The notes: generated from the letters alone by a model not told the origin. 64,000 nucleotides of DNA from an uncultured Bacilli bacterium (GCA_934122395.1 CAKOWQ010000001.1:125602-189601); one strand, 5' to 3'. Shown: positions 28,413 to 42,010, counted from the first letter of the stretch. Translations and numbers: made by a program.

Positions 28413-29582
28413 CTATTTTAATTGGCTTAAAAAACTAGTTCCCATGTCTGTATTTGGCACATTAAAGTTCTCAGCAATAGTAGCACCTATATCAGCTAAA
28501 GAGTTTAAAATAGGCATCTTTTTGGGTTCTTTAAAGTTTCTTCCAAAGACAATGATAGGTAAATTTTCTCTTGTATGATAATTACCAGGGAATGTTGGAT
28601 CATTACCATGATCAGCTGTAATTATTAATAAGTCATCATTATTTAACTTATTTAATATCATAGGTATTTCTACATCTAATTCTTCAATTGATTTTGCATA
28701 CCCTACTACATCACGTTTATGTCCATACATAGTATCAAATTCACTTAAATTAGTAATACATACTCCATTAAAGTTTTTAGCCATTATATCAGTCATTTTA
28801 TTAATTGTATCTATATTAGTAGTAGATGATTTAATGATTTTAGTAATACCTTCACCATCTACAATGTCATTTAATTTACCAATAGATATAACACTGTAAT
28901 CATTATCTTTTAAATTATTTAAAACACTCTTTTTTTGTGGCTTTAAAGTGTAATCTTTACGGTCGTTAGTAAATCTATATTTACCATTTTTCCCTACGAA
29001 TGGTCTTGCTATTACTCTAGCAACTCGCCATTCTTCCTTTTCGGTTATCTTTCTTATTTTCTCACAATAAGAGTATAATTTACTTACTGGTATTATATCT
29101 TCGTGTGCAGCTATTTCAAGGGTTGAATCTCCAGAAGTATAAAGTATTAAAGAGCCATAGTTTAAATGTCTATCTCCTAATTCTGCTAGTATATTTTCAC
29201 CACTAGTAACTTTATTACCAATTAAACGTTTTCCTATAGTTTTTTCTATTGCATCAATTAACTCGATAGGAAAAGCTTTTTCTGAAAAAGTTTTAAAAGG
29301 CATTTTGTTATCTAGTCCTATTATTTCATAATGACCTGAAATACTATCTTTACCATGATTTGTAGGTCTTGCAATTGTATAGTATGCATCTACATTCGGA
29401 TTATCATCCATATTAATAGTATTTAAAAATCCTAGTTTTTTTAAATTTGGAATAAATAGATCATAATTATCCATAATATGTTTTAAGGTATTTGCACCAT
29501 TATCATTATACTCATTTGCATCAGGTGCTTCTCCGACACCTAATGAATCTAGTATTAATACAAATATTCTTTTAAAAGTCAT
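28413..29582 (-). CDS. deoB: Phosphopentomutase
   Basis: 389 aa metalloenzyme-superfamily N- and C-termini. Adjacent to xerD as in B. subtilis (drm–ripX). Confidence 0.85.
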   Translation of the reverse strand: MTFKRIFVLILDSLGVGEAPDANEYNDNGANTLKHIMDNYDLFIPNLKKLGFLNTINMDDNPNVDAYYTIARPTNHGKDSISGHYEIIGLDNKMPFKTFSEKAFPIELIDAIEKTIGKRLIGNKVTSGENILAELGDRHLNYGSLILYTSGDSTLEIAAHEDIIPVSKLYSYCEKIRKITEKEEWRVARVIARPFVGKNGKYRFTNDRKDYTLKPQKKSVLNNLKDNDYSVISIGKLNDIVDGEGITKIIKSSTTNIDTINKMTDIMAKNFNGVCITNLSEFDTMYGHKRDVVGYAKSIEELDVEIPMILNKLNNDDLLIITADHGNDPTFPGNYHTRENLPIIVFGRNFKEPKKMPILNSLADIGATIAENFNVPNTDMGTSFLSQLK

Positions 29583-29594
29583 AATAACCGCTCC

Positions 29595-30641
29595 TTACTT
29601 TTTGCTTCTAGGATGATATGATTCATAATCTTGTCTTACTTTTTGATTTGATATATGAGTATATATTCTAGTTGTACTTATATCGGAATGTCCTAAGAGT
29701 TCTTGTACAACTCTTAAGTCTGAACCGCTTTCAATCATATGAGTTGCAAAACTATGTCTTAAAGTATGTGGGGATACATCTATATGTATATCACATACTT
29801 TTAATCTATGTTTTAACATCTTAAAAAAGCCACTTCTACTAAGCTGTAATCCATGATTATTCAAAAATATATGATCATCTTTTTTCATTATATAAAGTTC
29901 AGGTCGCATTTCTAAGTAGTTCTTCATTGAATCAATGACATATTCACCGATTGGAATCATTCTTTCTTTTGAACCTTTTCCCATACAACGAACTATACAA
30001 TTTTCGAGATCTATATCATTCATAGTTAGATTTAACAGCTCACTAATTCTTAATCCTGTTGCATATAATAATTCTAACATAGCTTTATCACGATAGTCAA
30101 ATATAGTTACTGTATCAATATCTAGTAGCCTATTTACTTCTTCAACAGTTAAAACTTTAGGTAATGTTTTAGGAAGTTTAAGTCGGTTGATTGTTAAAGC
30201 TACATTAGAAGAAGTTAGGCCTTCTTGATATAAGTATGTATGAAAATTTTTAATAGATGTTAATTTTCTAGTGATACTTTTTACTTCTAGTTTCTCATCA
30301 ACTGATAAATATTCAAGGTAATCTTTTATATTTGATTTTTGAATACTATTTGTTTTATAAATATTATTAGAATGTAAATATCTAGCATATTTTTCTAAAT
30401 CGTTTTTATAAGAATTATATGTATTTTTAGATAGCCTTCTTTCAAATATTATATAATTTAAATATTCATCAATTTTATATTCTATATCACTATATTCACT
30501 AATACTATCTATGTCATGAGTATTAATAATATTATCCCCTACTCTAATGTAATCACCTGTTTGTTCAATTACTAACCCCTCATAGCTTTTACTGCTTTTA
30601 ACGATTAATCTTACCTTTTTATCTATATAGTTAGTACTCAT
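29595..30641 (-). CDS. xerD: Tyrosine recombinase XerD with an ~58-aa N-terminal extension
   Basis: C-terminal LRHSFATHMIESGSDLRVVQELLGHSDISTTRIYTHI with the catalytic RHRY residues. XerD-like core starts about residue 60. Confidence 0.85.
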   Translation of the reverse strand: MSTNYIDKKVRLIVKSSKSYEGLVIEQTGDYIRVGDNIINTHDIDSISEYSDIEYKIDEYLNYIIFERRLSKNTYNSYKNDLEKYARYLHSNNIYKTNSIQKSNIKDYLEYLSVDEKLEVKSITRKLTSIKNFHTYLYQEGLTSSNVALTINRLKLPKTLPKVLTVEEVNRLLDIDTVTIFDYRDKAMLELLYATGLRISELLNLTMNDIDLENCIVRCMGKGSKERMIPIGEYVIDSMKNYLEMRPELYIMKKDDHIFLNNHGLQLSRSGFFKMLKHRLKVCDIHIDVSPHTLRHSFATHMIESGSDLRVVQELLGHSDISTTRIYTHISNQKVRQDYESYHPRSKK

Positions 30642-30757
30642 TTTATCACCATCTTATATAAACATTATATCACATACTTTTAATTTAATAATTATTATAT
30701 TTATTGCAAACATATTTTCGATATGTTAAAATAATTAGTGTAAAAAGTGGTGATATT

Positions 30758-31981
30758 ATGGAAAAACCTTTAGCATTAAAATTAGCTCCTAATAATTTAG
30801 ATGAAGTTATTGGGCAGACACATTTAATTGGTAAAGATAAAGTATTAACTAATTTAGCAAATAATAAAAAGATATTTTCCATGATTTTATATGGTCGTCC
30901 TGGAATAGGAAAAACATCTATTGCTAATGCCCTAGTTAAACAATTAGGAGTAAAATACCGTTTTTTAAATGCTACTATTAATAATAAACATGACTTTGAT
31001 ATAGTTGTAGAAGAAGCAAAGATGTATGATGGAATGGTTTTAATAATGGATGAAATACACCGTTTAAATAAAGATAAGCAAGACTTATTATTACCCCAAT
31101 TAGAAAGCGGACTAATTACTTTAATCGGACTTACTACTAGTAATCCATTTCATGCGATTAATCCTGCTATTAGAAGTAGATGCCAATTATTCGAACTTCT
31201 TCCTTTAACTGATGAAGATATAGTAAAAGGATTGCAAAGAGCTGTTAAAAGCGAATATTTAAGTGGTATAGAAATAGATGATGAAAGTATTGATTATATT
31301 GCTAAAGTATCCAATACTGACTTAAGATATGCATACAATTTGTTAGAAGTTGCGTACTACTCTACTAGTGATAAGAAAGTTAATCTTGACGTACTTAAAA
31401 AAATTAATAATAAACCAGTTTTCTTCCACGATAAAAATGAAGATGGTCATTATGATGTATTAAGTGCTTTTCAAAAGTCTATTCGTGGTAGTGATGTTGA
31501 TGCTGCACTACATTATTTAGCTAGATTAATTGAAGCTGGTGACCTTGATAGTATCTATAGAAGAATGAGTGTTATTTGTTATGAAGACATTGGACTAGCT
31601 AATCCTTCGATGGGTCCTAAAGTTATGGCAGCTATTCATGCTAGTGAACTAGTAGGTCTTCCGGAAGCCAGAATACCTCTTGCTGAAGTAGTTGTAGAAC
31701 TCGCTTTGTCTCCTAAATCCAACTCTAGTCATTTAGCGCTAGATAAGGCTATAGAAGACGTTAAAACAGGTAGATGTGGCAACGTACCAAATCATATTAA
31801 AACATCATCACCTGACTATAAATATCCTCATGATTATCCTAATCATTATGTAGTACAACAATATTTGCCAGATAATTTAAAAAACAAAAAGTACTATATT
31901 CCGTGTGATAACTCTAAAAATGAGAAAGTATTAAAACAAATAAAAGAAAATTTAGATAAATTAAAAGAAAAGAACCTTTAA
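30758..31981 (+). CDS. rarA: Replication-associated recombination protein A (AAA+ ATPase RarA/MgsA)
   Basis: Walker A GRPGIGKTS. The track ORF starts at an upstream TTG; RBS GGTG supports the ATG at 30758 (MEKPLALKLAPNNLDEVIGQ). Confidence 0.85.
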   Translation: MEKPLALKLAPNNLDEVIGQTHLIGKDKVLTNLANNKKIFSMILYGRPGIGKTSIANALVKQLGVKYRFLNATINNKHDFDIVVEEAKMYDGMVLIMDEIHRLNKDKQDLLLPQLESGLITLIGLTTSNPFHAINPAIRSRCQLFELLPLTDEDIVKGLQRAVKSEYLSGIEIDDESIDYIAKVSNTDLRYAYNLLEVAYYSTSDKKVNLDVLKKINNKPVFFHDKNEDGHYDVLSAFQKSIRGSDVDAALHYLARLIEAGDLDSIYRRMSVICYEDIGLANPSMGPKVMAAIHASELVGLPEARIPLAEVVVELALSPKSNSSHLALDKAIEDVKTGRCGNVPNHIKTSSPDYKYPHDYPNHYVVQQYLPDNLKNKKYYIPCDNSKNEKVLKQIKENLDKLKEKNL

Positions 31982-31987
31982 TAGGTT

Positions 31988-33091
31988 CTATTTTTTTACA
32001 TATTCATTGAATGATTTAATTTCACTGTCTTCTAAATCAGTATCATTTAATTCTTCTAGTAATTCTTTTTGAATCTTAGATAATTTTTTAGGAGATTTTA
32101 CTTTAATAATAATATACATATCTCCTTTTCGGAAACTGTTAGCATTATCTACTCCTTTACCTTTAATTCTTTGTTTATCACCAGTATTAGATCCTGCTGG
32201 AATAGTCAATTTTACATTTCCATAAAGGGTTGGAATTTCTTTTTTGCAACCTAGTACAGCTTCCGTTATAGTTATTGGAACTTCCAAATAAATATCATCG
32301 TCTTCTCTAGTAAAATATTTATGTTTATCTACTACAAATTCAAGATATAAGTCACCATTAGGCCCACCGTTTGCTCCAACTTCCCCTTTACCGCTCATTC
32401 TTAATCTATATCCGTTATCAACACCTTTTGGAATAGTTACAGATAGATTCTTATTTTGTCTTATTGTACCTTTACCACGGCAAGTACTACATTTTTCTTT
32501 ATAACTCTTACCAAGTCCTCCACATTTAGGACAAGTTGTTTTAGTCATAAACGTTCCAAACAATGTTCTTTGTTCTGTAGTTACTGTACCACTTCCATGA
32601 CATTTATCACAAGTTGATTCATTAAATCCTCCGTGACCATCACAATCTGGACAAGTAGAATCTACATCTATATTAATTGTTTTTTCACATCCGAATACTG
32701 CTTCTTCAAAAGTTAATCTAATACGCATTAATTTATCACTACCACGACTTGCTCTGGTAGTTGAACGTGATTGGCCAAATCCAAAACTGTTTCCAAAAAT
32801 ACTGTCAAATATATCACTAAAATCAAATCCAGATGCATCAAATCCGCCATATCCACCAGCACCAGTTCCATCAAATGCAGCATGACCAAATTGATCATAT
32901 TGTTTTCTACGTTCTTCATCAGATAATACAGCATATGCTTCTTGTATTTCTTTAAACTTTGCTTCAGCATCTGGTGCTTTATTAACATCTGGGTGATATT
33001 GCTTTGCTAGTTTCCTAAAAGCACTTTTTATTTCCGCCTCACTAGCACTTTTATCTATACCTAATACTTCATAGTAATCTCTTTTGTTCAT
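31988..33091 (-). CDS. dnaJ: Chaperone DnaJ
   Basis: J domain with HPD (QYHPDVNK), G/F-rich region and four CxxCxGxG zinc-finger repeats. Confidence 0.95.
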   Translation of the reverse strand: MNKRDYYEVLGIDKSASEAEIKSAFRKLAKQYHPDVNKAPDAEAKFKEIQEAYAVLSDEERRKQYDQFGHAAFDGTGAGGYGGFDASGFDFSDIFDSIFGNSFGFGQSRSTTRASRGSDKLMRIRLTFEEAVFGCEKTINIDVDSTCPDCDGHGGFNESTCDKCHGSGTVTTEQRTLFGTFMTKTTCPKCGGLGKSYKEKCSTCRGKGTIRQNKNLSVTIPKGVDNGYRLRMSGKGEVGANGGPNGDLYLEFVVDKHKYFTREDDDIYLEVPITITEAVLGCKKEIPTLYGNVKLTIPAGSNTGDKQRIKGKGVDNANSFRKGDMYIIIKVKSPKKLSKIQKELLEELNDTDLEDSEIKSFNEYVKK

Positions 33092-33099
33092 TTTAACAC

Positions 33100-34908
33100 C
33101 TACTTCTTGATTTTATTATAAAGTTCTTCAAACTCCTTTAAATATTCTTTAAACATGTCTATTGCGCTTAGTACTACTTCTTTTTTAGTCATATCAACGC
33201 CTGCTATTTTTAATTCATCTAATGGATAATATCTTCCACCTGTACTTAAGAATTTTAAGTAATCCTCTTTAGCATTTTTCTCTTTATTTAAAATACGCTT
33301 TACTATATGACAAGCAGCTGATAAGCCAGTCGCATATTTATACACATAGAAATTGTAATAGAAGTGTGGAATACGTTCCCATTCATAACGAATTTCATCA
33401 TCAATAACTACTTTGTCACCAAAATACTTCTTATTTAAATCATAATAAATATTTTCTAATACTTCATGAGTTAACACTTCTTTGTTTTCTTCTTTTTCAT
33501 ACATTTTTTTCTCAAACTCTGCAAACATTACTTGACGATATATTGTACCCTTAAACATATCAAGTAAATCATTAAGAACAGTTAATCTTACCTCATCAGT
33601 ACTGTTATCTAACAAGTAATTAGCAAGTAATAATTCATTAACAGTAGATGCTACTTCAGCTACAAATATTTTGTATGATGAATATTGATATGGATTATTC
33701 TTTCTTGAATAATAGCTATGCATAGAGTGGCCTAATTCATGTGCTAGAGTTGATACATCATCTAATGTACCATTATAGTTCAAAAGTAAGAATGGATTAG
33801 TATCATAAGAACCAGAAGAATAAGCTCCTGACATTTTACCTTTATTAGGATAAATGTCAATCCACTTTTCATCAAAAGCTTTAGATAAGTCTTTGATATA
33901 GTCATCTCCTAAAACACTAAGAGCTTTCATAACTAAATCCTTAGCTTCATCAAAAGTATATTCTTTATTATTTTCCTTAATAACCGATGCATATGTATCA
34001 TATAAATGTAATTCATCTAGCCCTAGCATTTTTCTTTTTAATTCAAAATAATAATATAAAGGTTCTAGGTTGTTATGAACTGTATCAATTAAATTGTCAT
34101 ATACCTTTTTATCTATATTATCTGCAAATAACGATGCTTCTAATGCACTAGGATAATGTTTAAGTTCGCTACATGCTACATTAGCTTTAACGTCACCTGA
34201 TATTATCTTAGCCATTGTATTTTTATATGATGAGTAGACTTCATATAATCTTTTAAATGTATCATATCTTACTCTTCGATCATTAGATTTTATTAGTTTG
34301 GAATAACTAGAATTAGTAAGTTCTACTTCTTCACCATCTTCATCTTTAATAAATCCAAAACTCATATCAGAATTAGTTAATGCATCAAATACTTCTTCAC
34401 TGTTACCCATTACTTGTGAAAGACTGGATAATATTTTTTCTTCTTTTTCGCTTAACACATGGTCTTTATAACGATATATATCTTTTAAGTTAATTTCATA
34501 ATCCAATAGTTCTTCCTCATCGTTATAAAAATTTACAATAGTACTATAATCATATTTTAATAATGTTGGAACTACAAATGTTGATGCTTTACTGTACTCG
34601 ATATCTAAATTTTGTACTCTACCTTTTAATGATTGGTAAAAAGTATCGGTAGTATCACTATCACTATTTAGGTGAGCATACATATATAATTTACCAATTA
34701 ACCTTGATATTTCCATATCATCTTTTAAAGTGTTTAATAAGTTATTAGCACTATCCATCATGTCTTTTTCATGATTCTTAAAAGATTCAATTAATTTTTT
34801 TGTTTTCAAGTAGTCACTATCAAACTCACTAATTGTTTTATATATTGTACTTAAATCCCACTTGTATTCATTACTTATTTCACTACGCAATTTCTCTTTT
34901 TTAGCCAT
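33100..34908 (-). CDS. pepF: Oligoendopeptidase F (M3B family)
   Basis: 602 aa. HELGHSMHS zinc-binding motif. Sits between dnaK and dnaJ. Confidence 0.85.
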   Translation of the reverse strand: MAKKEKLRSEISNEYKWDLSTIYKTISEFDSDYLKTKKLIESFKNHEKDMMDSANNLLNTLKDDMEISRLIGKLYMYAHLNSDSDTTDTFYQSLKGRVQNLDIEYSKASTFVVPTLLKYDYSTIVNFYNDEEELLDYEINLKDIYRYKDHVLSEKEEKILSSLSQVMGNSEEVFDALTNSDMSFGFIKDEDGEEVELTNSSYSKLIKSNDRRVRYDTFKRLYEVYSSYKNTMAKIISGDVKANVACSELKHYPSALEASLFADNIDKKVYDNLIDTVHNNLEPLYYYFELKRKMLGLDELHLYDTYASVIKENNKEYTFDEAKDLVMKALSVLGDDYIKDLSKAFDEKWIDIYPNKGKMSGAYSSGSYDTNPFLLLNYNGTLDDVSTLAHELGHSMHSYYSRKNNPYQYSSYKIFVAEVASTVNELLLANYLLDNSTDEVRLTVLNDLLDMFKGTIYRQVMFAEFEKKMYEKEENKEVLTHEVLENIYYDLNKKYFGDKVVIDDEIRYEWERIPHFYYNFYVYKYATGLSAACHIVKRILNKEKNAKEDYLKFLSTGGRYYPLDELKIAGVDMTKKEVVLSAIDMFKEYLKEFEELYNKIKK

Positions 34909-34971
34909 GTTTTCTCCTTTTTACAGATAAAGTTCTAGTTTCCTAGAACTTCATCCAATATATAAATTTAA

Positions 34972-37384
<2,413 letters not shown>

Positions 37385-37394
37385 GTTCTCTCCT

Positions 37395-38378
37395 TTACTG
37401 TTCTAGATTAGACTTAATATAATCTAACATTGATATGACTCTATCATATTCCATACGTTTAGGACCTACTATTGCGATAGTACCTTCTTCTAATGGAGTC
37501 CTATACTTAGTTTTTATGACTGTCATATCTTCATCTAGGTTATTTTCTTTACCTATATATATCTTTATATCGTTATCCTGTTCTTCAACCATATTAACTA
37601 CATTACTGTCATCTAGTTTATCTAGAATTTCTTTTACTTTATCTATATTGTTAAATTCTGGTTGATTTAAGATGTTTTTCTTACCAACGATATCGACATT
37701 TTTATTGGTAAAGTTAGTAAATACATCGTAGAAAACATTATATAATCTTTCGTGTTCTTTAACATATTTACCAATTACTGGTTTTACTTCGTATTCTAAT
37801 TTAGCACTTACTTCATCTATTGGAGTACCAATTATCATATTGTTGATTAGGCTAACAGTTTTCTTAACATCTTCAATATCAATATCTCCTATATCAATAT
37901 TTTTATGTTCTACATGACCTTTATCAGTGATAACTATTGCTATCATAGTGCTATTATCAAGCGGAACTACATTGAACTCTTTTAAGATGTTTTCGTGAGA
38001 TGTAACACCAAGTTTAATTGAAGTATAATTAGTTAACTCAGATACTATTTCAAGGCTTTTCTTTAAGCAATCTGATACTTCAAGTTGATTGTTATGAAAT
38101 ATTATCTGTAATTTTAACATATCTTCAGCACTCATCTTTTTAAGTTCCATTAAGTTATCAACGTAATATCTATATCCTTCTTCACTAGGAACACGTCCTG
38201 ATGAAGTGTGTGTTTTTTCTAGTAACCCATAGTCTTCCAATGTTGCCATTTCAGCACGGATTGTTGCACTAGAACATTTTAAGGTATCACATATCAAATT
38301 AGAACTTACAGGTTTAGCTAACTTGATATATTCCAAAACTATTATTTTTAATATTTCGTTTTGTCTCTTAGTTAACAT
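37395..38378 (-). CDS. hrcA: Heat-inducible transcription repressor HrcA
   Basis: 327 aa. N-terminal winged HTH, HrcA-like. First gene of the hrcA–grpE–dnaK operon. Confidence 0.9.
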   Translation of the reverse strand: MLTKRQNEILKIIVLEYIKLAKPVSSNLICDTLKCSSATIRAEMATLEDYGLLEKTHTSSGRVPSEEGYRYYVDNLMELKKMSAEDMLKLQIIFHNNQLEVSDCLKKSLEIVSELTNYTSIKLGVTSHENILKEFNVVPLDNSTMIAIVITDKGHVEHKNIDIGDIDIEDVKKTVSLINNMIIGTPIDEVSAKLEYEVKPVIGKYVKEHERLYNVFYDVFTNFTNKNVDIVGKKNILNQPEFNNIDKVKEILDKLDDSNVVNMVEEQDNDIKIYIGKENNLDEDMTVIKTKYRTPLEEGTIAIVGPKRMEYDRVISMLDYIKSNLEQ

Positions 38379-38388
38379 TTTTACCTCC

Positions 38389-38460
38389 TAGCAATATCCT
38401 TTCTCAATTGCTAATATCATTATATTACTATCATTAGCACTTGTCAATTAGTTTTGCTAA
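38389..38460 (-). promoter_or_regulatory. hrcA sigma-A promoter with two CIRCE-like inverted repeats
   Basis: Minus strand: TTGACA, 17 nt, TATAAT. IR2 TTAGCAAAA-N9-AAGTGCTAA overlaps the -35 (CIRCE consensus TTAGCACTC-N9-GAGTGCTAA). IR1 TAGCAAT-N11-ATTGCTA lies between the -10 and the RBS. Confidence 0.5.
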
Positions 38461-38482
38461 TTTTTAACACATTTATTTCGAC

Positions 38483-38510
38483 AAAAATAAAAGAGACTTT
38501 TATGTCTCTT
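38483..38510 (-). terminator. Intrinsic terminator of tyrS
   Basis: agagac-ttttat-gtctct hairpin plus U run on the minus strand. Identical hairpin reused at 42246–42263. Confidence 0.65.
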
Positions 38511-38546
38511 CAAAATATTGATAAAGTTCGATGCTCTGTTATTTTT

Positions 38547-39743
38547 TTATTTTAAAATTATCTTTTTGAATTGCTTTTTGCCCTTCTGAATTACCAATGC
38601 ATTATTTTCGAAAACATCAACAGTAATCTGTTTAGTTACGTCATTTTCTTTACTACCATTTATACTTATACCATTTTGCTCTATCATTCTTCTTCCTTCA
38701 GATTTAGATGGAACAATTTTTGTTAAAACTAATAAATCAGTTAGTAAAATACCATTTTCAACTAAGGATTTATCTATTTCTACTTCTTCAATATTTTCTG
38801 GAATGCCACCATTTGCAACAGTTGAATACCTTTCTTCTGCAAGCGAAATAAATTCTTCACCATGATACATTTTAATTATCTCTCTTGCGTATACCTTGTG
38901 AGCTTCTACTACATCTTTCCTCATTATTTTTTCAATATCATCAAGATTTAAATCAGTTGTCAATTTAAAATAATTCATTAATACATCATCCGGTATCCTC
39001 ATTGCTTTTTCATACATTACTTCTGCAGGCTCATCAACACCAATATAATTTCCAAGTGATTTGCTCATCTTTTCTTTGCCATCTAGTCCAACCAACAATG
39101 GAAAGCACATAACATCTTGTGGTTCTTGACCATAATCGCGCTGTAGTTCTCTACCTACTAACAAATTAAATGTTTGGTCTGTTCCACCTATTTCAATATC
39201 TGCATGTAATGCTACTGAATCATATCCTTGCATCAACGGATATAAAAATTCATGTATTCCTATTGGAATATTATTTTTAAATCTATTGTTAAAATCATCT
39301 CTTTCTAAGATTCTTGCAACAGTATATTTTCCAGTTAAATTAATCACATCTTCAAAAGACATTTTTGCTAACCATTCAGAATTATAAGCTATTCTTATCT
39401 TTTTTGGATCTAGTATTTTAGCAACTTGCTTAAAATATGTCTCTCCATTTTTTCTAGTTTCTTCAAAACTTAGTGATGGCCTTGTTTTTGATTTACCAGA
39501 TGGATCTCCAATCATTGCAGTAAAATCTCCAATAACAAAAACAATCTCATGCCCTAATTCTTGCAATATTTTTAATGCTCTAAGTGGTACTGTATGTCCT
39601 AGATGTAAATCTGGTCTAGACGGATCAGCACCAAATTTTACAACCAATTTCTTACCACTATTTAATTTTTTAATTAAAGTATCTTTATTATGAACTTCTA
39701 CAGTTCTTCTTAATATTAAATCTATTTGGTCTTTTTTATTCAT
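38547..39743 (-). CDS. tyrS: Tyrosine--tRNA ligase
   Basis: HLGH (…PDLHLGHTVP) and KMSKS motifs. Start set at MNKKDQ, 7 nt after AGGAGG. The track ORF runs upstream through the T-box terminator. Confidence 0.9.
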   Translation of the reverse strand: MNKKDQIDLILRRTVEVHNKDTLIKKLNSGKKLVVKFGADPSRPDLHLGHTVPLRALKILQELGHEIVFVIGDFTAMIGDPSGKSKTRPSLSFEETRKNGETYFKQVAKILDPKKIRIAYNSEWLAKMSFEDVINLTGKYTVARILERDDFNNRFKNNIPIGIHEFLYPLMQGYDSVALHADIEIGGTDQTFNLLVGRELQRDYGQEPQDVMCFPLLVGLDGKEKMSKSLGNYIGVDEPAEVMYEKAMRIPDDVLMNYFKLTTDLNLDDIEKIMRKDVVEAHKVYAREIIKMYHGEEFISLAEERYSTVANGGIPENIEEVEIDKSLVENGILLTDLLVLTKIVPSKSEGRRMIEQNGISINGSKENDVTKQITVDVFENNALVIQKGKKQFKKIILK

Positions 39744-39755
39744 AATCATTCCTCC

Positions 39756-39985
39756 TTCTAAAAAAACGCGATAATTTCTATCCCATAAGGACGAATTATC
39801 GCGGTACCACCTTAATTTATGATTAATAATCATACACTCAAAGTTATAAAGTAACTAACTAATAAACTCATAATGTGTAATTCAATCGTATTATATGTTT
39901 AATTTCACCAAACTTAAACTCTCTAAAATATAACTAACACAATCTACTTATCATTAATCAACATTTATTTAACATAAGACAATTA
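39756..39985 (-). promoter_or_regulatory. T-box riboswitch leader (Tyr-responsive) with terminator/antiterminator
   Basis: Minus strand: extended -10 TGATATAAT, AGAGAG box, candidate specifier UACA, T-box sequence AAATTAAGGTGGTACCGCG, then a 10-bp terminator stem CGCGATAATT/AATTATCGCG plus U7 immediately before the tyrS RBS. Confidence 0.8.
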
Positions 39986-40242
39986 TATTATATCATATAA
40001 CTATCTTTTTGTACTATTTTTAATATGATTTAAAAAGGATTAAAAAACGTAGAGAAAAACGATTAAAATTTGATTATCTAAAATTGCAGTTTTTTCTTAT
40101 ACTATGTATATTTGTATAAAATTTACTTCACACTAGATTTTATCGAACCAATAGAAAATTAACTTTCTTGTTTTCGAACGTTTTTAATTATATCTAAGAA
40201 TATAAATATTTTGCATAATACAAATTAAGTATTTGATGTAAA

Positions 40243-40268
40243 TAAAAAAAGATAGTAATTAAACTATC
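40243..40268 (-). terminator. Intrinsic terminator of the ABC exporter gene
   Basis: gatagt-aattaa-actatc hairpin plus U7 on the minus strand, abutting the stop codon. Confidence 0.6.
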
Positions 40269-41999
40269 TTATGAATTTAAAGTTTCGTTTTTATATAAGT
40301 TTTGATAAATTTTACTAGTTTCTAACAATTGATTATGAGTACCTGATGCTACTACTTTACCTTTATCTACAACATGAATTATATCAGCATCTATTATAGT
40401 AGATAAACGGTGTGCTACTATTACTACAGTATGATCTTTTACTAAATTATCTATTGACTTTTTTATACATTCTTGTGACTCATTATCAAGTGCACTTGTC
40501 GCTTCATCAAATAAGATAATTTTACTCTTTTTAGACAATGTTCTTGCTATAGATAATCGCTGCTTTTGACCTCCTGATAAATTAACACCACCTTCGCCTA
40601 AGGTAGTATCATACTTATTAGGAAGAGACATAATATAGTCATCAATGTAAGCTGTTTTAGCATATTTTCTTATTTCTTTTATAGTTATTTTATCATTTAT
40701 TAATTTAAAGTTTTCTTTTATACTTTTATTAAAAATAAATGGTTCTTGTCTTATTATTGAAATATGCTTTCTTAGCTCTTCTTCGCTCAATTCAGTTATA
40801 TCTATATTATCTATTGTAATATTACCACTATTTACATCAAATATTCGAGTGATCAAGTTGAATAAAGTTGATTTACCTTGTCCAGACTTTCCTACAATAG
40901 CAACCTTTTTATTTGGTTCTATTGATAGATTAAATTTATTTAATGTAACGTCTTCGTCTGGATATGCAAATGTCACATCTTTAAATTTGATATTTCCTTT
41001 TATGTTTTCTATTTTTTTATAACCAAATTTTTCATCATTATATAATCTATTTTCTAATATATCATTGACTCTACTAATTGATACTACTGTCTTTTGATAA
41101 GTTTGAGTTAGATCGTTCATTTCTTCTATTAACCACATATATCTATAAACATAATAAGTCATAGAGATGAAAAACGTTAACGAAATCATTTTATAATAAA
41201 GCAATATTAAGCAAGTAATAAATACGCCAACTTCCAATATTGATTTTATAAATCTAGTTATAATGTTAAATTGTTTTTGAATATCTATTTCTTTTTCTGA
41301 CTTGTTATAAATAACTTTAATTATTTCAGTCATATCTTTTATTAAATTTGATTTAATTCCTAATGTTTTTATTTCTCGTATACCTCTAATTGATTCTGTT
41401 ACTAATGATGTAAATTTATCTTGCTCTTCTTTTCTTTCTTTGTGTACTTCTTTTAACTTTGGATTATACTTTCTAATTATTGAAAATAGTATTAACACAA
41501 TTATTATTATTTCTAATCCTACTATCCAAGAATTCAAAAATACGTATACTATTATAATTAAAGATGCTACCAAAGAAGAAAACATATTTAATAGTTTTCC
41601 AAAAGCAAAGCTTAAGGAATCAGCATCATTAGTAATTCGATTAATAATTTCACCTGACGATTTTTTTTCAAATGCTACAGCAGGCAAATCTAATGCTTTT
41701 TTATAAGAGAAAAATCCCAACTTTCTTGTTAAGGAACTTTCTACTTTGTATAACATAGATTTTGCTATATGAAGTAATGAACCGCCAAGCGTTAATTCAA
41801 TTATAAAATAAATCATTAAAAAAATAATTGCTTTTTTTAATTGTAAATTAGTAATAGCTTCTACTGCTGCTCCATTTAAGTATCCAGTAAAAATTTCGGC
41901 TATTCCTGATAAAAATATAAGAATACTTGCTATTATTAATCTTCTTTTATCGTTTCCTATTAATTTAATTAGAGGTATGAATTCTTTTAAACTCTTCAT
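40269..41999 (-). CDS. ABC transporter, fused permease/ATP-binding type I exporter (MsbA/LmrA/Sav1866-like)
   Basis: 576 aa. Six-TM N-terminal domain. Walker A GKSGQGKST, signature LSGGQKQRLSIAR, Walker B ILFDEATSALD. Confidence 0.9.
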   Translation of the reverse strand: MKSLKEFIPLIKLIGNDKRRLIIASILIFLSGIAEIFTGYLNGAAVEAITNLQLKKAIIFLMIYFIIELTLGGSLLHIAKSMLYKVESSLTRKLGFFSYKKALDLPAVAFEKKSSGEIINRITNDADSLSFAFGKLLNMFSSLVASLIIIVYVFLNSWIVGLEIIIIVLILFSIIRKYNPKLKEVHKERKEEQDKFTSLVTESIRGIREIKTLGIKSNLIKDMTEIIKVIYNKSEKEIDIQKQFNIITRFIKSILEVGVFITCLILLYYKMISLTFFISMTYYVYRYMWLIEEMNDLTQTYQKTVVSISRVNDILENRLYNDEKFGYKKIENIKGNIKFKDVTFAYPDEDVTLNKFNLSIEPNKKVAIVGKSGQGKSTLFNLITRIFDVNSGNITIDNIDITELSEEELRKHISIIRQEPFIFNKSIKENFKLINDKITIKEIRKYAKTAYIDDYIMSLPNKYDTTLGEGGVNLSGGQKQRLSIARTLSKKSKIILFDEATSALDNESQECIKKSIDNLVKDHTVVIVAHRLSTIIDADIIHVVDKGKVVASGTHNQLLETSKIYQNLYKNETLNS

Positions 42000-42010
42000 A
42001 ATACCTCCAC

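Noticed and set aside
38547-39833. Longer tyrS ORF starting at MIINHKL
   Set aside because: The extra 28 codons span the T-box terminator hairpin and U tract. The start with a proper RBS is downstream, at MNKKDQ.
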